DNA from: Candidatus Moraniibacteriota bacterium
GTDB taxonomy: Bacteria; Patescibacteriota; Minisyncoccia; Moranbacterales; UBA1568
Length of the DNA: 64,000 bases
Direction: 5' to 3'
Assembly (NCBI GenBank): GCA_016182385.1
Contig: JACPGV010000011.1
Coordinates: 22,888 to 86,887 of the forward strand
Part shown: positions 19,541-29,100 of the stretch, piece by piece
Layout: every line of letters begins with the position of its first letter
How positions within the stretch are numbered: the stretch's first letter is position 1
The notes under the pieces: generated by a model
Seen by the model: only the letters and a program-made list of their open reading frames with translations
Told to the model about the DNA's origin: nothing
The model's database searches: none
Translations under genes and position numbers: made by a program

Positions 19541-19568
19541 TAAAAAAATCTTTTTCAAGGAGGATAAG

Positions 19569-19742
19569 ATGGAAAAGAAGACTGTAGTTATTCCCGTCGT
19601 TCCTTTTATTCCGGGAATGGAGGGAAGATTTACCCCTTACGAGGCCCTTGAAGACAAGGACCTCCTCAGAAATCTTCTTGGCGAGGAGTCCCAAAGAAAT
19701 TCTTTGGGACCGGCCGGCGAAGGGGGATGTCGGGACTAATAG
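19569..19742 (+). CDS. small hypothetical protein (57 aa) with canonical SD
   Basis: AAGGAGGAUAAG-AUG. Product MEKKTVVIPVVPFIPGMEGRFTPYEALEDKDLLRNLLGEESQRNSLGPAGEGGCRD; followed by a hairpin/U-run terminator. Below the ORF-track size cutoff. The coding region also contains a perfect 10-bp hairpin (GUCCCAAAGAAauuCUUUGGGAC), so an RNA element is not excluded. Confidence 0.3.
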
Positions 19743-19760
19743 CTCCGACTCGTTTTTCAA

Positions 19761-19795
19761 AGCCCATTGGCAATGCCATGGGCTTTTTCATTTTT
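19761..19795 (+). terminator. intrinsic terminator after recR/small ORF
   Basis: Hairpin GCCCAUUGGCAAUGCCAUGGGC followed by UUUUUCAUUUUUU. Confidence 0.45.
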
Positions 19796-19808
19796 TATCA
19801 ATATCTCT

Positions 19809-19836
19809 ACAAAAAATCCCCGATATTCTCGGGGAT
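19809..19836 (-). terminator. intrinsic terminator after rplU (minus strand; potentially bidirectional)
   Basis: Minus strand reads AUCCCCGAGAAUAUCGGGGAU followed by UUUUUUU; lies 7 nt past the rplU stop. Confidence 0.55.
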
Positions 19837-19842
19837 TATTTT

Positions 19843-20151
19843 TTATGCGGAAATCTTACTAATTTCAATCTCCGTATACGCTTGACGATGGCCGTAGCGG
19901 GTCAACTCGCGTTTTTTTGCCTTATGCTTCACGCCTTTTACCTTTGAAGATCGTCCTTGAGAAAGCACTTTCCCCTCTACGACGGCGTCAGAAACGATAG
20001 GAGTGCCAATTTTCACGGTTTTTTCATCGCCAACAAAAAGAGTTTCAAACTTTACCGTTGCGCCGACTTCCTCTTTAAGTTTTTCAATCTTAATCTTTTC
20101 TCCCTCGGAAACTTTATATTGTTTTCCGCCAGTCTTGATAATAGCCAACAT
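19843..20151 (-). CDS. rplU: 50S ribosomal protein L21
   Basis: MLAIIKTGGKQYKVSEGEKIKIEKL... 103 aa with the classic L21 N-terminus. Trimmed from the track's 20352 start, which overlaps alaS. Confidence 0.9.
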   Translation of the reverse strand: MLAIIKTGGKQYKVSEGEKIKIEKLKEEVGATVKFETLFVGDEKTVKIGTPIVSDAVVEGKVLSQGRSSKVKGVKHKAKKRELTRYGHRQAYTEIEISKISA

Positions 20152-20234
20152 ACGCCAAAATAAATCATTTGATAACTTCCCCACTGTACCGCATTTCTCT
20201 TTGACTGTCAAACAAAAATAGCAGAAATAGATTT

Positions 20235-22007
20235 TTACTCCAAAAAAGCCTTGATTCGCCGCACACCGGCAGACGAAGCTTCTTCCTTTGCAATTTTCAG
20301 CCGTCCAAAGGCACCAATTTCCGCCGTGTTTTTGACGTGCGGGCCACCACACAACTCACGTGAGAATATTGTTTTTCCCGGACCCTCTACCGTATAGACG
20401 GTTACCTTTTCCGGATATTTTTCCCAAAAACTTCCTTCGATACCGGATGCCTTCGCTGTTTTTTTTTCCATTACCTCAGTGACGACATCTGCTTGAGCAT
20501 CGATAGCCGTATTGACATACCTCTCAACACGATCAAGAATATCTCGGGAAACTTTTTCCGGATACGTAAAATCAAAACGTGTTCGTTCTTCGGTAATATT
20601 AGATCCCGCTTGATGCACCGCGCTCCCTAATTCTTTGCGTAGTCCCGCGAGCATCAAATGTGTTGCTGTATGAAAGGCAGTCACCTTCGGACTATGATCC
20701 GCAAGGCCGCCCTTAAACTTTCCCGCGCTTGCCGTTCGTGAAAGATCTTGATGTTTTTTGAATTCTTCGCGAAAGAGAGCCTCCTCAACAGTTTTGCCCC
20801 GCTCATGAGCAAGCTCTTGTGTCATTTCAAGCGGAAACCCATAGGTCGCAAACAAATCAAAGGCATCTTTTCCGGAAAGCGTCCCTTGCTCCAAACGACG
20901 CTCAAATTCTTTCAATCCTTTCGAAAGCGTCGCGCGAAACTTTTCTTCCTCTCGAGAAAGCTCGCTTTTAATTTTTTCCGCGTGTTCACGAACAGATTCA
21001 TAAATATCGATAAATTTCCCTATGAAAAGGTGTCCCACTTCGGCTATCACCGGTTTTTCATAATTCATCTTGTAAAACTCTCGGATGGCACGACGAATAA
21101 GACGGCGTAAAATATATCCCTGATCGACATTTTTTGGCACGACGCCATCAGCAATCATATGTACCGCGGCCCGCGTATGATCCGCGATAATCCGCGCCGA
21201 TCGTTCGTTGTATTTTTCTGTTCCCACCAAAACGCGAATGGTCTCCAAAACATCAGCAAACGCATCCGTCTCATAGACGCTTTTCATTCCACCAAGAGTC
21301 ACGGCCGTTCGCTCAAGTCCCATTCCTGTGTCGACGCACGGCGCTGGAAGCTTTTCGAGTGTTGTTTCATCAACACGATTATACTGCATAAAAACATTAT
21401 TCCAAATCTCCATCCATTGTTTGGGATGAGTTCCCTTGTTTCCTTGCGGAGCACCTTCACCAACCCAATAAAAAATTTCCGTATCCGGTCCGCAGGGACC
21501 AGTTGGTCCCGCTGCCCACCAATTATCTTCGGCAGGAAGATACGCGATACGTTCTTTGGGCATACCCAATGATTCCCACAGAGCCGCCGACTCATCGTCG
21601 CGAGGAGCGTTTTCATCTCCTGAAAAAACCGTCACGGAAATCATAGCCGGATCGAGACCAAGCCATCGCGCGTCAGTCAGAAATTCCCATGACCACGCAA
21701 TAGATTCTTGTTTGAAATAATCTCCAAGCGACCAATTTCCCAACATTTCAAAAAAAGTAAGGTGGGTATCATCACCGACATCATCAATATCCCCCGTACG
21801 AACACATTTCTGCACGTCAACAAGACGCTTCCCCATGGGATGCGGTTTTCCCAAGAGATACGGAACGAGCGGCTGCATACCAGCCGTATTAAAGAGTACT
21901 GACGGATCGTTTTCCGGTACCAACGGCGCCGAAGGAATAACGGCGTGATTTTTACTTTGAAAAAACTCCAAATATTTTTTTCGAATCTCACTCGTGCGCA
22001 TAAACAA
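20235..22007 (-). CDS. alaS: alanine--tRNA ligase, short form lacking the C-terminal C-Ala domain
   Basis: Class II motifs (FFEMLGNWSLGDYFK; GMGLERT), tRNA-recognition and editing domains (HxxxH...CGGPHV); ends at 590 aa, whereas canonical bacterial AlaS is ~870 aa. Confidence 0.9.
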   Translation of the reverse strand: MFMRTSEIRKKYLEFFQSKNHAVIPSAPLVPENDPSVLFNTAGMQPLVPYLLGKPHPMGKRLVDVQKCVRTGDIDDVGDDTHLTFFEMLGNWSLGDYFKQESIAWSWEFLTDARWLGLDPAMISVTVFSGDENAPRDDESAALWESLGMPKERIAYLPAEDNWWAAGPTGPCGPDTEIFYWVGEGAPQGNKGTHPKQWMEIWNNVFMQYNRVDETTLEKLPAPCVDTGMGLERTAVTLGGMKSVYETDAFADVLETIRVLVGTEKYNERSARIIADHTRAAVHMIADGVVPKNVDQGYILRRLIRRAIREFYKMNYEKPVIAEVGHLFIGKFIDIYESVREHAEKIKSELSREEEKFRATLSKGLKEFERRLEQGTLSGKDAFDLFATYGFPLEMTQELAHERGKTVEEALFREEFKKHQDLSRTASAGKFKGGLADHSPKVTAFHTATHLMLAGLRKELGSAVHQAGSNITEERTRFDFTYPEKVSRDILDRVERYVNTAIDAQADVVTEVMEKKTAKASGIEGSFWEKYPEKVTVYTVEGPGKTIFSRELCGGPHVKNTAEIGAFGRLKIAKEEASSAGVRRIKAFLE

Positions 22008-22057
22008 TATTGATCAATACGGTATCTTTTCTCCCGTACGGAATATTTTTAGAAATA

Positions 22058-22339
22058 TTATAAGCTGTTCATTTGCTTCTTCAATCGGGAGAGCTCCTCA
22101 TCAATAAGTTCTACTTCTCGCGCCATAGAACGCTCCTCCGCTTGTTTTTTTTCCACATCAGCACGCAAATGACCGATTTCCAAATTCATTTTTTTCACAT
22201 CACCTTCTACAAGAACACGTTTCCTCTCAAGACGACTTCTGTCTGATTGGAGAGAAAACATCTGCGCCTGCAAACGACGCATACTGGTTTGTCGTCCCGC
22301 AGACTGATCTTTATCTTCTTCGCTATGCATATTCGTCAT
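22058..22339 (-). CDS. hypothetical coiled-coil protein (93 aa)
   Basis: Heptad-rich, highly charged (LERKRVLVEGDVKKMNLEIGHLRADVEKKQAEE...); no TM; located between alaS and the large membrane protein downstream of ftsA. Confidence 0.35.
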   Translation of the reverse strand: MTNMHSEEDKDQSAGRQTSMRRLQAQMFSLQSDRSRLERKRVLVEGDVKKMNLEIGHLRADVEKKQAEERSMAREVELIDEELSRLKKQMNSL

Positions 22340-22393
22340 ACTCTCTTATTCTAGGAAAAATTATAATACCAAAATAACGATTTTTATACAACT

Positions 22394-24328
22394 TTACTTT
22401 TCTTCTTCACCTTTTTCAACAATAAGCACGATACGTTTTTCGGCATCGGGAATACTTTGAACAAAGAGGTCCGGTCGAAAGATTACATTTATTTTCTTTA
22501 CGGATGGAAACTGAGACAAGACATTTTCTATATCACGAATACTTGCTCCCGCGAGTGCGCCTCGCAGGGCCTGCTCATCTATTTCCGATTCCAATGTGAG
22601 AAGCGCTCGGGCTCGTAGCCGTAATGTATTTTCTGAAAAATTAGGCACAGAATCACCATACGTAACCGCAGAAGAAACCACCTTGAAGGAAACGTTTTCG
22701 ATAGTTTTCTTCTGTTCCGTTTCTATTTTCTCTTGGAGAGCTTTCTCGGAAAAAACGAATGCTTTTACGCGAAACGTATTTCTGTATTCAAACGAGGAAG
22801 CTGCTGTTCCGATTTGTAAGGGCGAAACAAGCACAGTCGGAACAATTTCAATATGTTCATCAAGAATTTTTTCTCCCGGCAAAAGCTCGCCACGTATTTC
22901 TTCCAAAAAGGCGTTCCTCGCCGATTCTTTGGCATCACGTTCGGCGGTTTCAAGATCAACTTTAGCAATAACCGCCACGTCTGTTCCACCGCTGCCACCT
23001 CCAAGCATAGCCTTGGAAGATTTTGCTGAAAAAGCCTCATACTTCGGCCCTCCCTTGAATCCAGGAATAGTGAATGTCGAAGGAGTAATATTATATTCCT
23101 CTCCGGCTTGATCGGCAATAACTTCCGCCTCAATCATTCCAGCCTCTTTTTTTCCGTTGCTAGTAACCATGCCGGGAACAGTTACTCCCTTTACCAAACG
23201 ATAAATCTTCCCATCGCCGGTCTCCAAACGAGTTGTCGCCACGAGAGATTGCGGTTCGGCACTATAATTATTGGAAAGAATCACCGTACCAGAAGCTTTT
23301 TGATTATTTCCCCCGCTTTTTCCGGTCGTCGGAACAGTCAACGCGAGCTCTTTTTCTTTTTCAAAAACACGCGCCGGTATGACCTTTTCACCAGTTGTCA
23401 TATCAGTCCTTCCTTCAAACTCCATATCGACATTCTGCATAATACGATAGGGAGTAACGTGAATTTCCGCTTTGGGAAGAAAAAGATACACCAAAACGCC
23501 TATCGTCGAAAGAAGAGAAATACCTCCCAGAATAAAGAAAATATAATGAGCTTTCTTTCCGGCAAGAGAAGGAACTTGTTCTTCCGGCATCTTTGGTTGC
23601 TCTTTTTTCTTTTCCGGTGATGCCGGCTGATAGGTATTACTATAAAAATTTCTCAAACGTTCATCGCGGCTTATCGATGTCGAGGGAACACGTGTCGGCG
23701 ACGACTCCGTCAAAGCTTGAGCAGAAGGAAGTGGTTTTTCTACGACACGCGCTTGTCTCTTCACCTGGCTTCCCATCATATCGTCTACTCGTTGAGAGTT
23801 CAAACTGGTAAGTTTTTTTGGAGTAGCATCACGCACCCGCACTGTTTTTGGCGCTGTCATAGACAACGTCTCCACTCCTTTTTCTTCCGGTGCCTTTGTC
23901 ACTACTGTCTGAGTAGTCGTCGGACCATTATAAAAATCCGCACTTCCAATTCCCTCGGAACGCAATCCAATATTACCAGAGACCGTTTCTTCTTCACCGC
24001 TATCATGAGTGGAAGTTATTTCGGGTGATATATCCTTCGACGATAATTCGAGATGAGACGTTTTTTGAGCAAAATCTTCAGAATAATTTTCTGTTTCGAT
24101 ACCCGCCTTCTCAGCCAAAAGACGTCCGGCCTCATCTTGTGTCACCAGAATGATCTTTTTCCCCAACTTTTGAGCCTCGCGTTGTAGTAAACGTAAATTG
24201 ATAATACTTTGCAAAACCAAAGCACGCTTGGGAAAAACAAAAATATTTTCCTGCGATGATGATTTTCTCATCCGGCTAATAACCGAAATAATTTCCTCAT
24301 CGGCTTCAATATAAAAAGTTTGTTCCAT
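22394..24328 (-). CDS. hypothetical bitopic membrane protein: N-terminal cytoplasmic domain, S/T/P/E-rich disordered linker, one TM, large extracytoplasmic domain
   Basis: 644 aa. Structured N-terminal ~85 aa (FYIEADEEIISVISRMRKS...ILVTQDEAGRLLAEKAGI), ~170 aa low-complexity linker, TM AHYIFFILGGISLLSTIGVLVYLFL, then a ~360 aa beta-rich domain; immediately downstream of ftsA. Confidence 0.5.
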   Translation of the reverse strand: MEQTFYIEADEEIISVISRMRKSSSQENIFVFPKRALVLQSIINLRLLQREAQKLGKKIILVTQDEAGRLLAEKAGIETENYSEDFAQKTSHLELSSKDISPEITSTHDSGEEETVSGNIGLRSEGIGSADFYNGPTTTQTVVTKAPEEKGVETLSMTAPKTVRVRDATPKKLTSLNSQRVDDMMGSQVKRQARVVEKPLPSAQALTESSPTRVPSTSISRDERLRNFYSNTYQPASPEKKKEQPKMPEEQVPSLAGKKAHYIFFILGGISLLSTIGVLVYLFLPKAEIHVTPYRIMQNVDMEFEGRTDMTTGEKVIPARVFEKEKELALTVPTTGKSGGNNQKASGTVILSNNYSAEPQSLVATTRLETGDGKIYRLVKGVTVPGMVTSNGKKEAGMIEAEVIADQAGEEYNITPSTFTIPGFKGGPKYEAFSAKSSKAMLGGGSGGTDVAVIAKVDLETAERDAKESARNAFLEEIRGELLPGEKILDEHIEIVPTVLVSPLQIGTAASSFEYRNTFRVKAFVFSEKALQEKIETEQKKTIENVSFKVVSSAVTYGDSVPNFSENTLRLRARALLTLESEIDEQALRGALAGASIRDIENVLSQFPSVKKINVIFRPDLFVQSIPDAEKRIVLIVEKGEEEK

Positions 24329-24342
24329 AAACGTTCTTTTGG

Positions 24343-25611
24343 TTATTGTTTTTCTACCGTTTCCATACTGCGACGTAATATACTAGAAAGCATTTTTTCT
24401 TCCTCAAGAGAATCAAGAAGTGCCAAATGAGCTAGTCCGATAGGTGTAATATCCTGAGGATTGCCCAATTCTCCGGTAGTATCAATCATACGCGCCACAT
24501 CTTTCGGTTGAAGAAATCCCACCTGTGGTGCTTTGGCAAATGGAAGATTCTTCGTCCACTCTTTGGAAAGGAGTGCCTGCTTGATGCCCGGAAGCGCCGA
24601 TCCTCCACCACAAAGAAAAATTCGGGATGGCAAAAGATCAGTTTCTGCGAATTCAATAAGAGAAAGTTCTACGCCACCAAGCCAAATACGACAATCATCA
24701 GCGTATAAAGTAGCGATACGAGCATTGTCTTCATCGTGCAATCGACCATGGGCATAATCGATTTTCATTTGTTCAGCCACCTCAAAACTCAATCCAAACT
24801 CTTGCGCCAGACGTTTCGTAAAAGCGCGTCCACCAAGCGCAAACATTTTTGTTCCCTCAAGACCGCCATTACGCACGACGGCAATATCCGTTGTTCCTCC
24901 ACCGATATCGATAAAAATAGCACTGAAATCAAGCATGTCATCCACTTCGATAGAACGAGCAACCGCGTATGGTTCTGCCGCGATAGACAAGAGATCGAGA
25001 TCAAGCTCGTCAGCAATTTTTTGTAACGCCCCCAAATGAATCATCGGCGCATACGCGTTAAACACGCTCATGGAAACATCTCTCCCCTGAAAATTTACGG
25101 GATTCAGAACATGATACCCATCAATGCGAACATCAACAACAGCGGCATTGATCAATTTGACATCAATATCATCTTGTCCGGTCTCCCAGGCAAGTTGTCG
25201 TTTGATTCGCTGGTAAGCCTTCTCCTGAACTTTCTGAATAATCATCCGGAGTTCCGGAATAGCGATACGTATTTCCGAATTGACGCGCTCATAGTGTACC
25301 GTCGTCGTCGTTCCTTTCACCAACTCTCCCGCGATACCGATGATACTTTTTTGAACGCGCTTTACATGAGCTCTTTCTTTCGCCAATTGGATAGCTTCTC
25401 GTGCCGATTCTATAACTCCGCCGATGTCCGTTACGGCGCCGCTTTGCATATTCCCCGATTTCTGAGCGACACGCCCGACACCTATAATCATGCCTTTTTT
25501 CTGTTCATGATCAACACGAAACACCAGTGCCTTGACCACTTCCGTTCCGATATCCAAAGCGAGCATGAGATCGGTATCACGACCGAAACGCATCTTTGAA
25601 AAAAGTCCCAT
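24343..25611 (-). CDS. ftsA: cell division protein FtsA (actin-like ATPase)
   Basis: Phosphate-1 ALDIGTEVVKALVF, phosphate-2 FIDIGGGTTDIAV, adenosine motif LCGGGSALPG; 422 aa with an amphipathic C-terminal helix. The PilM alternative is less likely given the length and C-terminus. Confidence 0.7.
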   Translation of the reverse strand: MGLFSKMRFGRDTDLMLALDIGTEVVKALVFRVDHEQKKGMIIGVGRVAQKSGNMQSGAVTDIGGVIESAREAIQLAKERAHVKRVQKSIIGIAGELVKGTTTTVHYERVNSEIRIAIPELRMIIQKVQEKAYQRIKRQLAWETGQDDIDVKLINAAVVDVRIDGYHVLNPVNFQGRDVSMSVFNAYAPMIHLGALQKIADELDLDLLSIAAEPYAVARSIEVDDMLDFSAIFIDIGGGTTDIAVVRNGGLEGTKMFALGGRAFTKRLAQEFGLSFEVAEQMKIDYAHGRLHDEDNARIATLYADDCRIWLGGVELSLIEFAETDLLPSRIFLCGGGSALPGIKQALLSKEWTKNLPFAKAPQVGFLQPKDVARMIDTTGELGNPQDITPIGLAHLALLDSLEEEKMLSSILRRSMETVEKQ

Positions 25612-25661
25612 AAAAAATATTTTTGTTTCCTCTCTTTTTTAGTATACCACCCTCTCGTTTT

Positions 25662-26690
25662 TTAATTGAGTCTTTCCGGTGTAATCCGCGCGATAATCGT
25701 TTCCATTTTTTCCGTATGAAGCAACCCCTCAATGGCCCCGTACTCTCCCACGACACTTCCGCTATTTGCCATTCCATAACGAAGCGCTTCGTCCAGTGTT
25801 TTCCCTCGAAGGATTGCCGAAAAAAATCCTGAACCAAAAGCGTCTCCACAGCCGGTACTATCCACAACGCCATCAACGGTATAAATCGGACAATACCAGC
25901 ACTCTTTGCCATCATACGCCCAACTGCCGCGTTTCCCGTCAGTCATCCCCACCACTTTCGCTCCTACCCGTATCAAGGCCTGGACAAGAAAAATTTCATC
26001 ATCCAAACTTTCTTTGGGTACGCCCTCTTGCAAACGAGAAATAAGCTCGATAGCCTCATCCTTATTGAGTAATAAAATATCTGTTTTCGTTATAGCCTCC
26101 AAAACACGCTTGGGGTTGGTCTTTATATTATGTTGCCCGGGATTAAATGCCAAAGAAAATCCTCTCATCTCCTTTAAAGAAAGCAGTTTTCCCAAATTGT
26201 TTTCCCAATCACCGTTCAAAGCACTCACAAAAATCCATTGCGTTTGAGCAAAAGCGTCATCACGAATTTTCAATTTTTCATTGGCATCACGATTATGAAA
26301 AATCGTGCGTTCACCATTTTGTGTCATGACAACAATGGCAGACAGGTCAGTTTTTGCGCTTTCGTCACAAAAAAGAAGCTCTGTCCGCACTCTTTCATTT
26401 TTCAATACTTGTTTTGCCCATCGCCCAGTCTCATCATTACCAATATTACTATAACAAGCTCCCGTATGCCCCAAACGAGCAAGACCGACGGACACATTGG
26501 CGGCGACACCACCGACGGCCTCATAACGATTCTTACAAGCGATCTTTCCTCCCAATTCGAACGCCAATTTTTCTTTTGAAGTAATATCTTCCGGCGTACG
26601 CATAACGACTCCTTCTTCCGTTGGAAAAAAAATATCCTTCGATATCGAGCCGACGCAAATTACTTCGTATGATTTCTGGAAAAAAAACAT
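25662..26690 (-). CDS. PfkB-family carbohydrate kinase (ribokinase-like)
   Basis: N-terminal ICVGSI...D motif and C-terminal PfkB signature DSTGCGDAFGSGF. Confidence 0.75.
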   Translation of the reverse strand: MFFFQKSYEVICVGSISKDIFFPTEEGVVMRTPEDITSKEKLAFELGGKIACKNRYEAVGGVAANVSVGLARLGHTGACYSNIGNDETGRWAKQVLKNERVRTELLFCDESAKTDLSAIVVMTQNGERTIFHNRDANEKLKIRDDAFAQTQWIFVSALNGDWENNLGKLLSLKEMRGFSLAFNPGQHNIKTNPKRVLEAITKTDILLLNKDEAIELISRLQEGVPKESLDDEIFLVQALIRVGAKVVGMTDGKRGSWAYDGKECWYCPIYTVDGVVDSTGCGDAFGSGFFSAILRGKTLDEALRYGMANSGSVVGEYGAIEGLLHTEKMETIIARITPERLN

Positions 26691-26699
26691 AAAAAAATA

Positions 26700-27977
26700 T
26701 CAAATAATTTCTCTTTCTATGGCAAGAAGCCTATTATATTTGGCAATGCGTTCACCACGAGAAAGCGAACCGGTCTTCATAAACTCCGCTCCCACACCAA
26801 AAGCCAGATCAGCAATAAAATCATCAATAGTCTCTCCTGAACGATGAGAAATGACTCTTCGCATGTCATTTTTTTCCGCCAAACGTACGCAACGGAGTGT
26901 TTCGGTCACGGTGCCAATCTGATTGGGTTTAATAAGTACGGCATTACAAGCACCTTCCCGTATGGCCCTCTCCAATCGCTTGACATTGGTAACCAACAAG
27001 TCATCACCAATAAAAAGAAGTGGGTTTTTCCATGCTGTCGATTCCTTGGAAAGTTTTTCGCGCATGAGTGCCCACCCTTGCCAATCTTCTTCATGGAGAC
27101 CATCCTCAATGGAAACAACACAATATTTCTGTATCCATTCACGATACACGTTGATGAGACTTTCTCGAGACAGCGACACTCCTTCCGGTTTGAGCCCATA
27201 CTGATCTTCCGACGCTTCATAAAAAGAATTTGCCGCGACATCAAGTCCGATACAAACTTCTTCACCCGCTCGATACCCCGCTTCCGTGATGGCACGAAGA
27301 ATCATCTGAAGCGCCTGAGCGTGATTTTCAAGATGCGGTGCAAATCCACCCTCATCACCCACGCCAATCGAAAATCCATCCTGTGAAAGAAGTTTCTTTA
27401 ATGAATGAAAAATTTCGCTTCCAGCACGAAGCTGTTCTTTGTATCCACCAATCCCATACGGTATAATTTTGAATTCCTGTACCGAAAGACCAGAGTCGCT
27501 ATGTTTCCCGCCATTCAAAATATTAAACATCGGCACAACGAATTTTTTATTCTTTTTTTTGCCATAGAGAGTTTCTATATGACGATAGAGCGGTCGACCG
27601 GAAGAAATCGCGGCCGCTCGACATACGGCAAGCGAGATACCCAAAAGAGCGTTGGCTCCAAGGCGTTCTTTATTTTCCGTCCCATCAAGAGCGATCATTT
27701 TTTCATCAAGTGCCTCCTGTTCAAAAGCATCCATTCCTTTAACGGCTTCGGCGAGCTCTCCATTTACATGGGCTATCGCATTCTCCACACCCAAACCCCC
27801 GAAACGATTTGGGTCACCATCACGAAGCTCTACCGCTTCAAAAGCACCTGTTGACGCTCCTGATGGTACGCCCGCAGTTGCTGCTGTACCATCTTCCAAT
27901 ACAACCGTCACTTCAATCGTCGGATTGCCACGAGAATCAAGAATCTCTCGTCCTTGTACCTCAGTAATTTTTGCCAT
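26700..27977 (-). CDS. eno: enolase (phosphopyruvate hydratase)
   Basis: MAKITEVQGREILDSRGNPTIEV N-terminus; SHRSGETED-like catalytic motif (SHRSGETIDDFIADLA); 425 aa. Confidence 0.95.
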   Translation of the reverse strand: MAKITEVQGREILDSRGNPTIEVTVVLEDGTAATAGVPSGASTGAFEAVELRDGDPNRFGGLGVENAIAHVNGELAEAVKGMDAFEQEALDEKMIALDGTENKERLGANALLGISLAVCRAAAISSGRPLYRHIETLYGKKKNKKFVVPMFNILNGGKHSDSGLSVQEFKIIPYGIGGYKEQLRAGSEIFHSLKKLLSQDGFSIGVGDEGGFAPHLENHAQALQMILRAITEAGYRAGEEVCIGLDVAANSFYEASEDQYGLKPEGVSLSRESLINVYREWIQKYCVVSIEDGLHEEDWQGWALMREKLSKESTAWKNPLLFIGDDLLVTNVKRLERAIREGACNAVLIKPNQIGTVTETLRCVRLAEKNDMRRVISHRSGETIDDFIADLAFGVGAEFMKTGSLSRGERIAKYNRLLAIEREII

Positions 27978-28030
27978 ATTCAGAAATAATTAGTATGTTT
28001 CAAAAACACTCTTCTCTCACTCCTAGTATA

Positions 28031-29083
28031 TCATTTTGATTGCAAAGCCTCTATGCCGGGCAATTGTTTACCGCTTAAATATTCAAGCATCGCTCCACCG
28101 CCAGAAGAAACAAAACTTACTTTCGCCATAACACCGGCCTCTTCCAATACGGCGAGCGACTCACCGCCCCCAATCACCACAAAAGCACCACTCTCCAAAA
28201 TGGCATGCAAAATGGCGTCCGTCCCGATATCATACGGCTTTTCTTCGAACTTTCCCATCGGTCCGTTCCACACGATAGTTTTCGCCTGCTTGATAATCTG
28301 TGTGTAATAGGCGATGGTAGTTGGTCCGATATCCAACCGTTGCGGCGAATTAAAATCCTGCGGCAGAAGCACTTTGGAAGAAAATGCTATTTTTTGATCC
28401 AGTGCCTCATTGGCAATTTTTCCACCAACTAAAATACAATCATAATTTTCCTCCAACGATCGAATAAGTGGCAACTTTGTTTCTATTTTCGCCCCTCCAA
28501 TGATCGCGACCGCCGGACGTTCCGGTCGAAAACGAGCATTATCAAGCTCTCGCATTTCTTTTTGTAAACAAAAACCACCGGCGGCAGGCAAAAGTTTCGG
28601 CACACCAACTATGGAAGCGTGCGCCCGATGACTGACGCTAAACGCCTCATTCACATACACCGTAAAAGGTTCGGCCAATTGTTTGGCAAAAAGAAGATCG
28701 TTTTCTTCCTCTCCCGAATAAAAACGAACGTTCTCCAAAAGAAGTATCTCGTTTCCAGAAAGACGCTCCAAGGATTCCCCGACGGACGATCCGACGCAAT
28801 CGGACACAAACACCACTTTTCTTTCCAAAGCATTTTCTATTGATCGCATCAGGCGCTCCGTGGAAAATTGAAGATCTTTTTTCCCCTCCGGTCTTCCAAA
28901 ATGAGTAAGCAGAGCGATCTTTACACCAGAAAAACCGGCAATATATTCGATCGTCTCTTTAACGATCGAAAAACGAAAATGCTCCTGTACCGCATCAATG
29001 TTATTAAGCTCAACATTAAAGTCGACTCGCACCAGTACCCGTTGATTCTCAAAAGATATTTCTTCCACACCCTTGATAATCAT
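28031..29083 (-). CDS. pgk: phosphoglycerate kinase
   Basis: RVLVRVDFNV N-terminal motif, HFGRPEGKK, hinge and C-terminal GGGAMLEYLSGKQLPGIEAL. Start trimmed to MIIKGVEE (ATG at 29083); the track's 29197 start overlaps mraY. Confidence 0.9.
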   Translation of the reverse strand: MIIKGVEEISFENQRVLVRVDFNVELNNIDAVQEHFRFSIVKETIEYIAGFSGVKIALLTHFGRPEGKKDLQFSTERLMRSIENALERKVVFVSDCVGSSVGESLERLSGNEILLLENVRFYSGEEENDLLFAKQLAEPFTVYVNEAFSVSHRAHASIVGVPKLLPAAGGFCLQKEMRELDNARFRPERPAVAIIGGAKIETKLPLIRSLEENYDCILVGGKIANEALDQKIAFSSKVLLPQDFNSPQRLDIGPTTIAYYTQIIKQAKTIVWNGPMGKFEEKPYDIGTDAILHAILESGAFVVIGGGESLAVLEEAGVMAKVSFVSSGGGAMLEYLSGKQLPGIEALQSK

Positions 29084-29100
29084 AGTCGTAAAATAAATAT

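Noticed and set aside
22596-24028. Plus-strand ORFs (22596-23111, 23108-23620, 23717-24028 and others) inside the 644-aa membrane-protein gene
   Set aside because: They are antisense shadow ORFs with Arg/Ser/Phe-rich low-complexity translations and no RBS or motifs.
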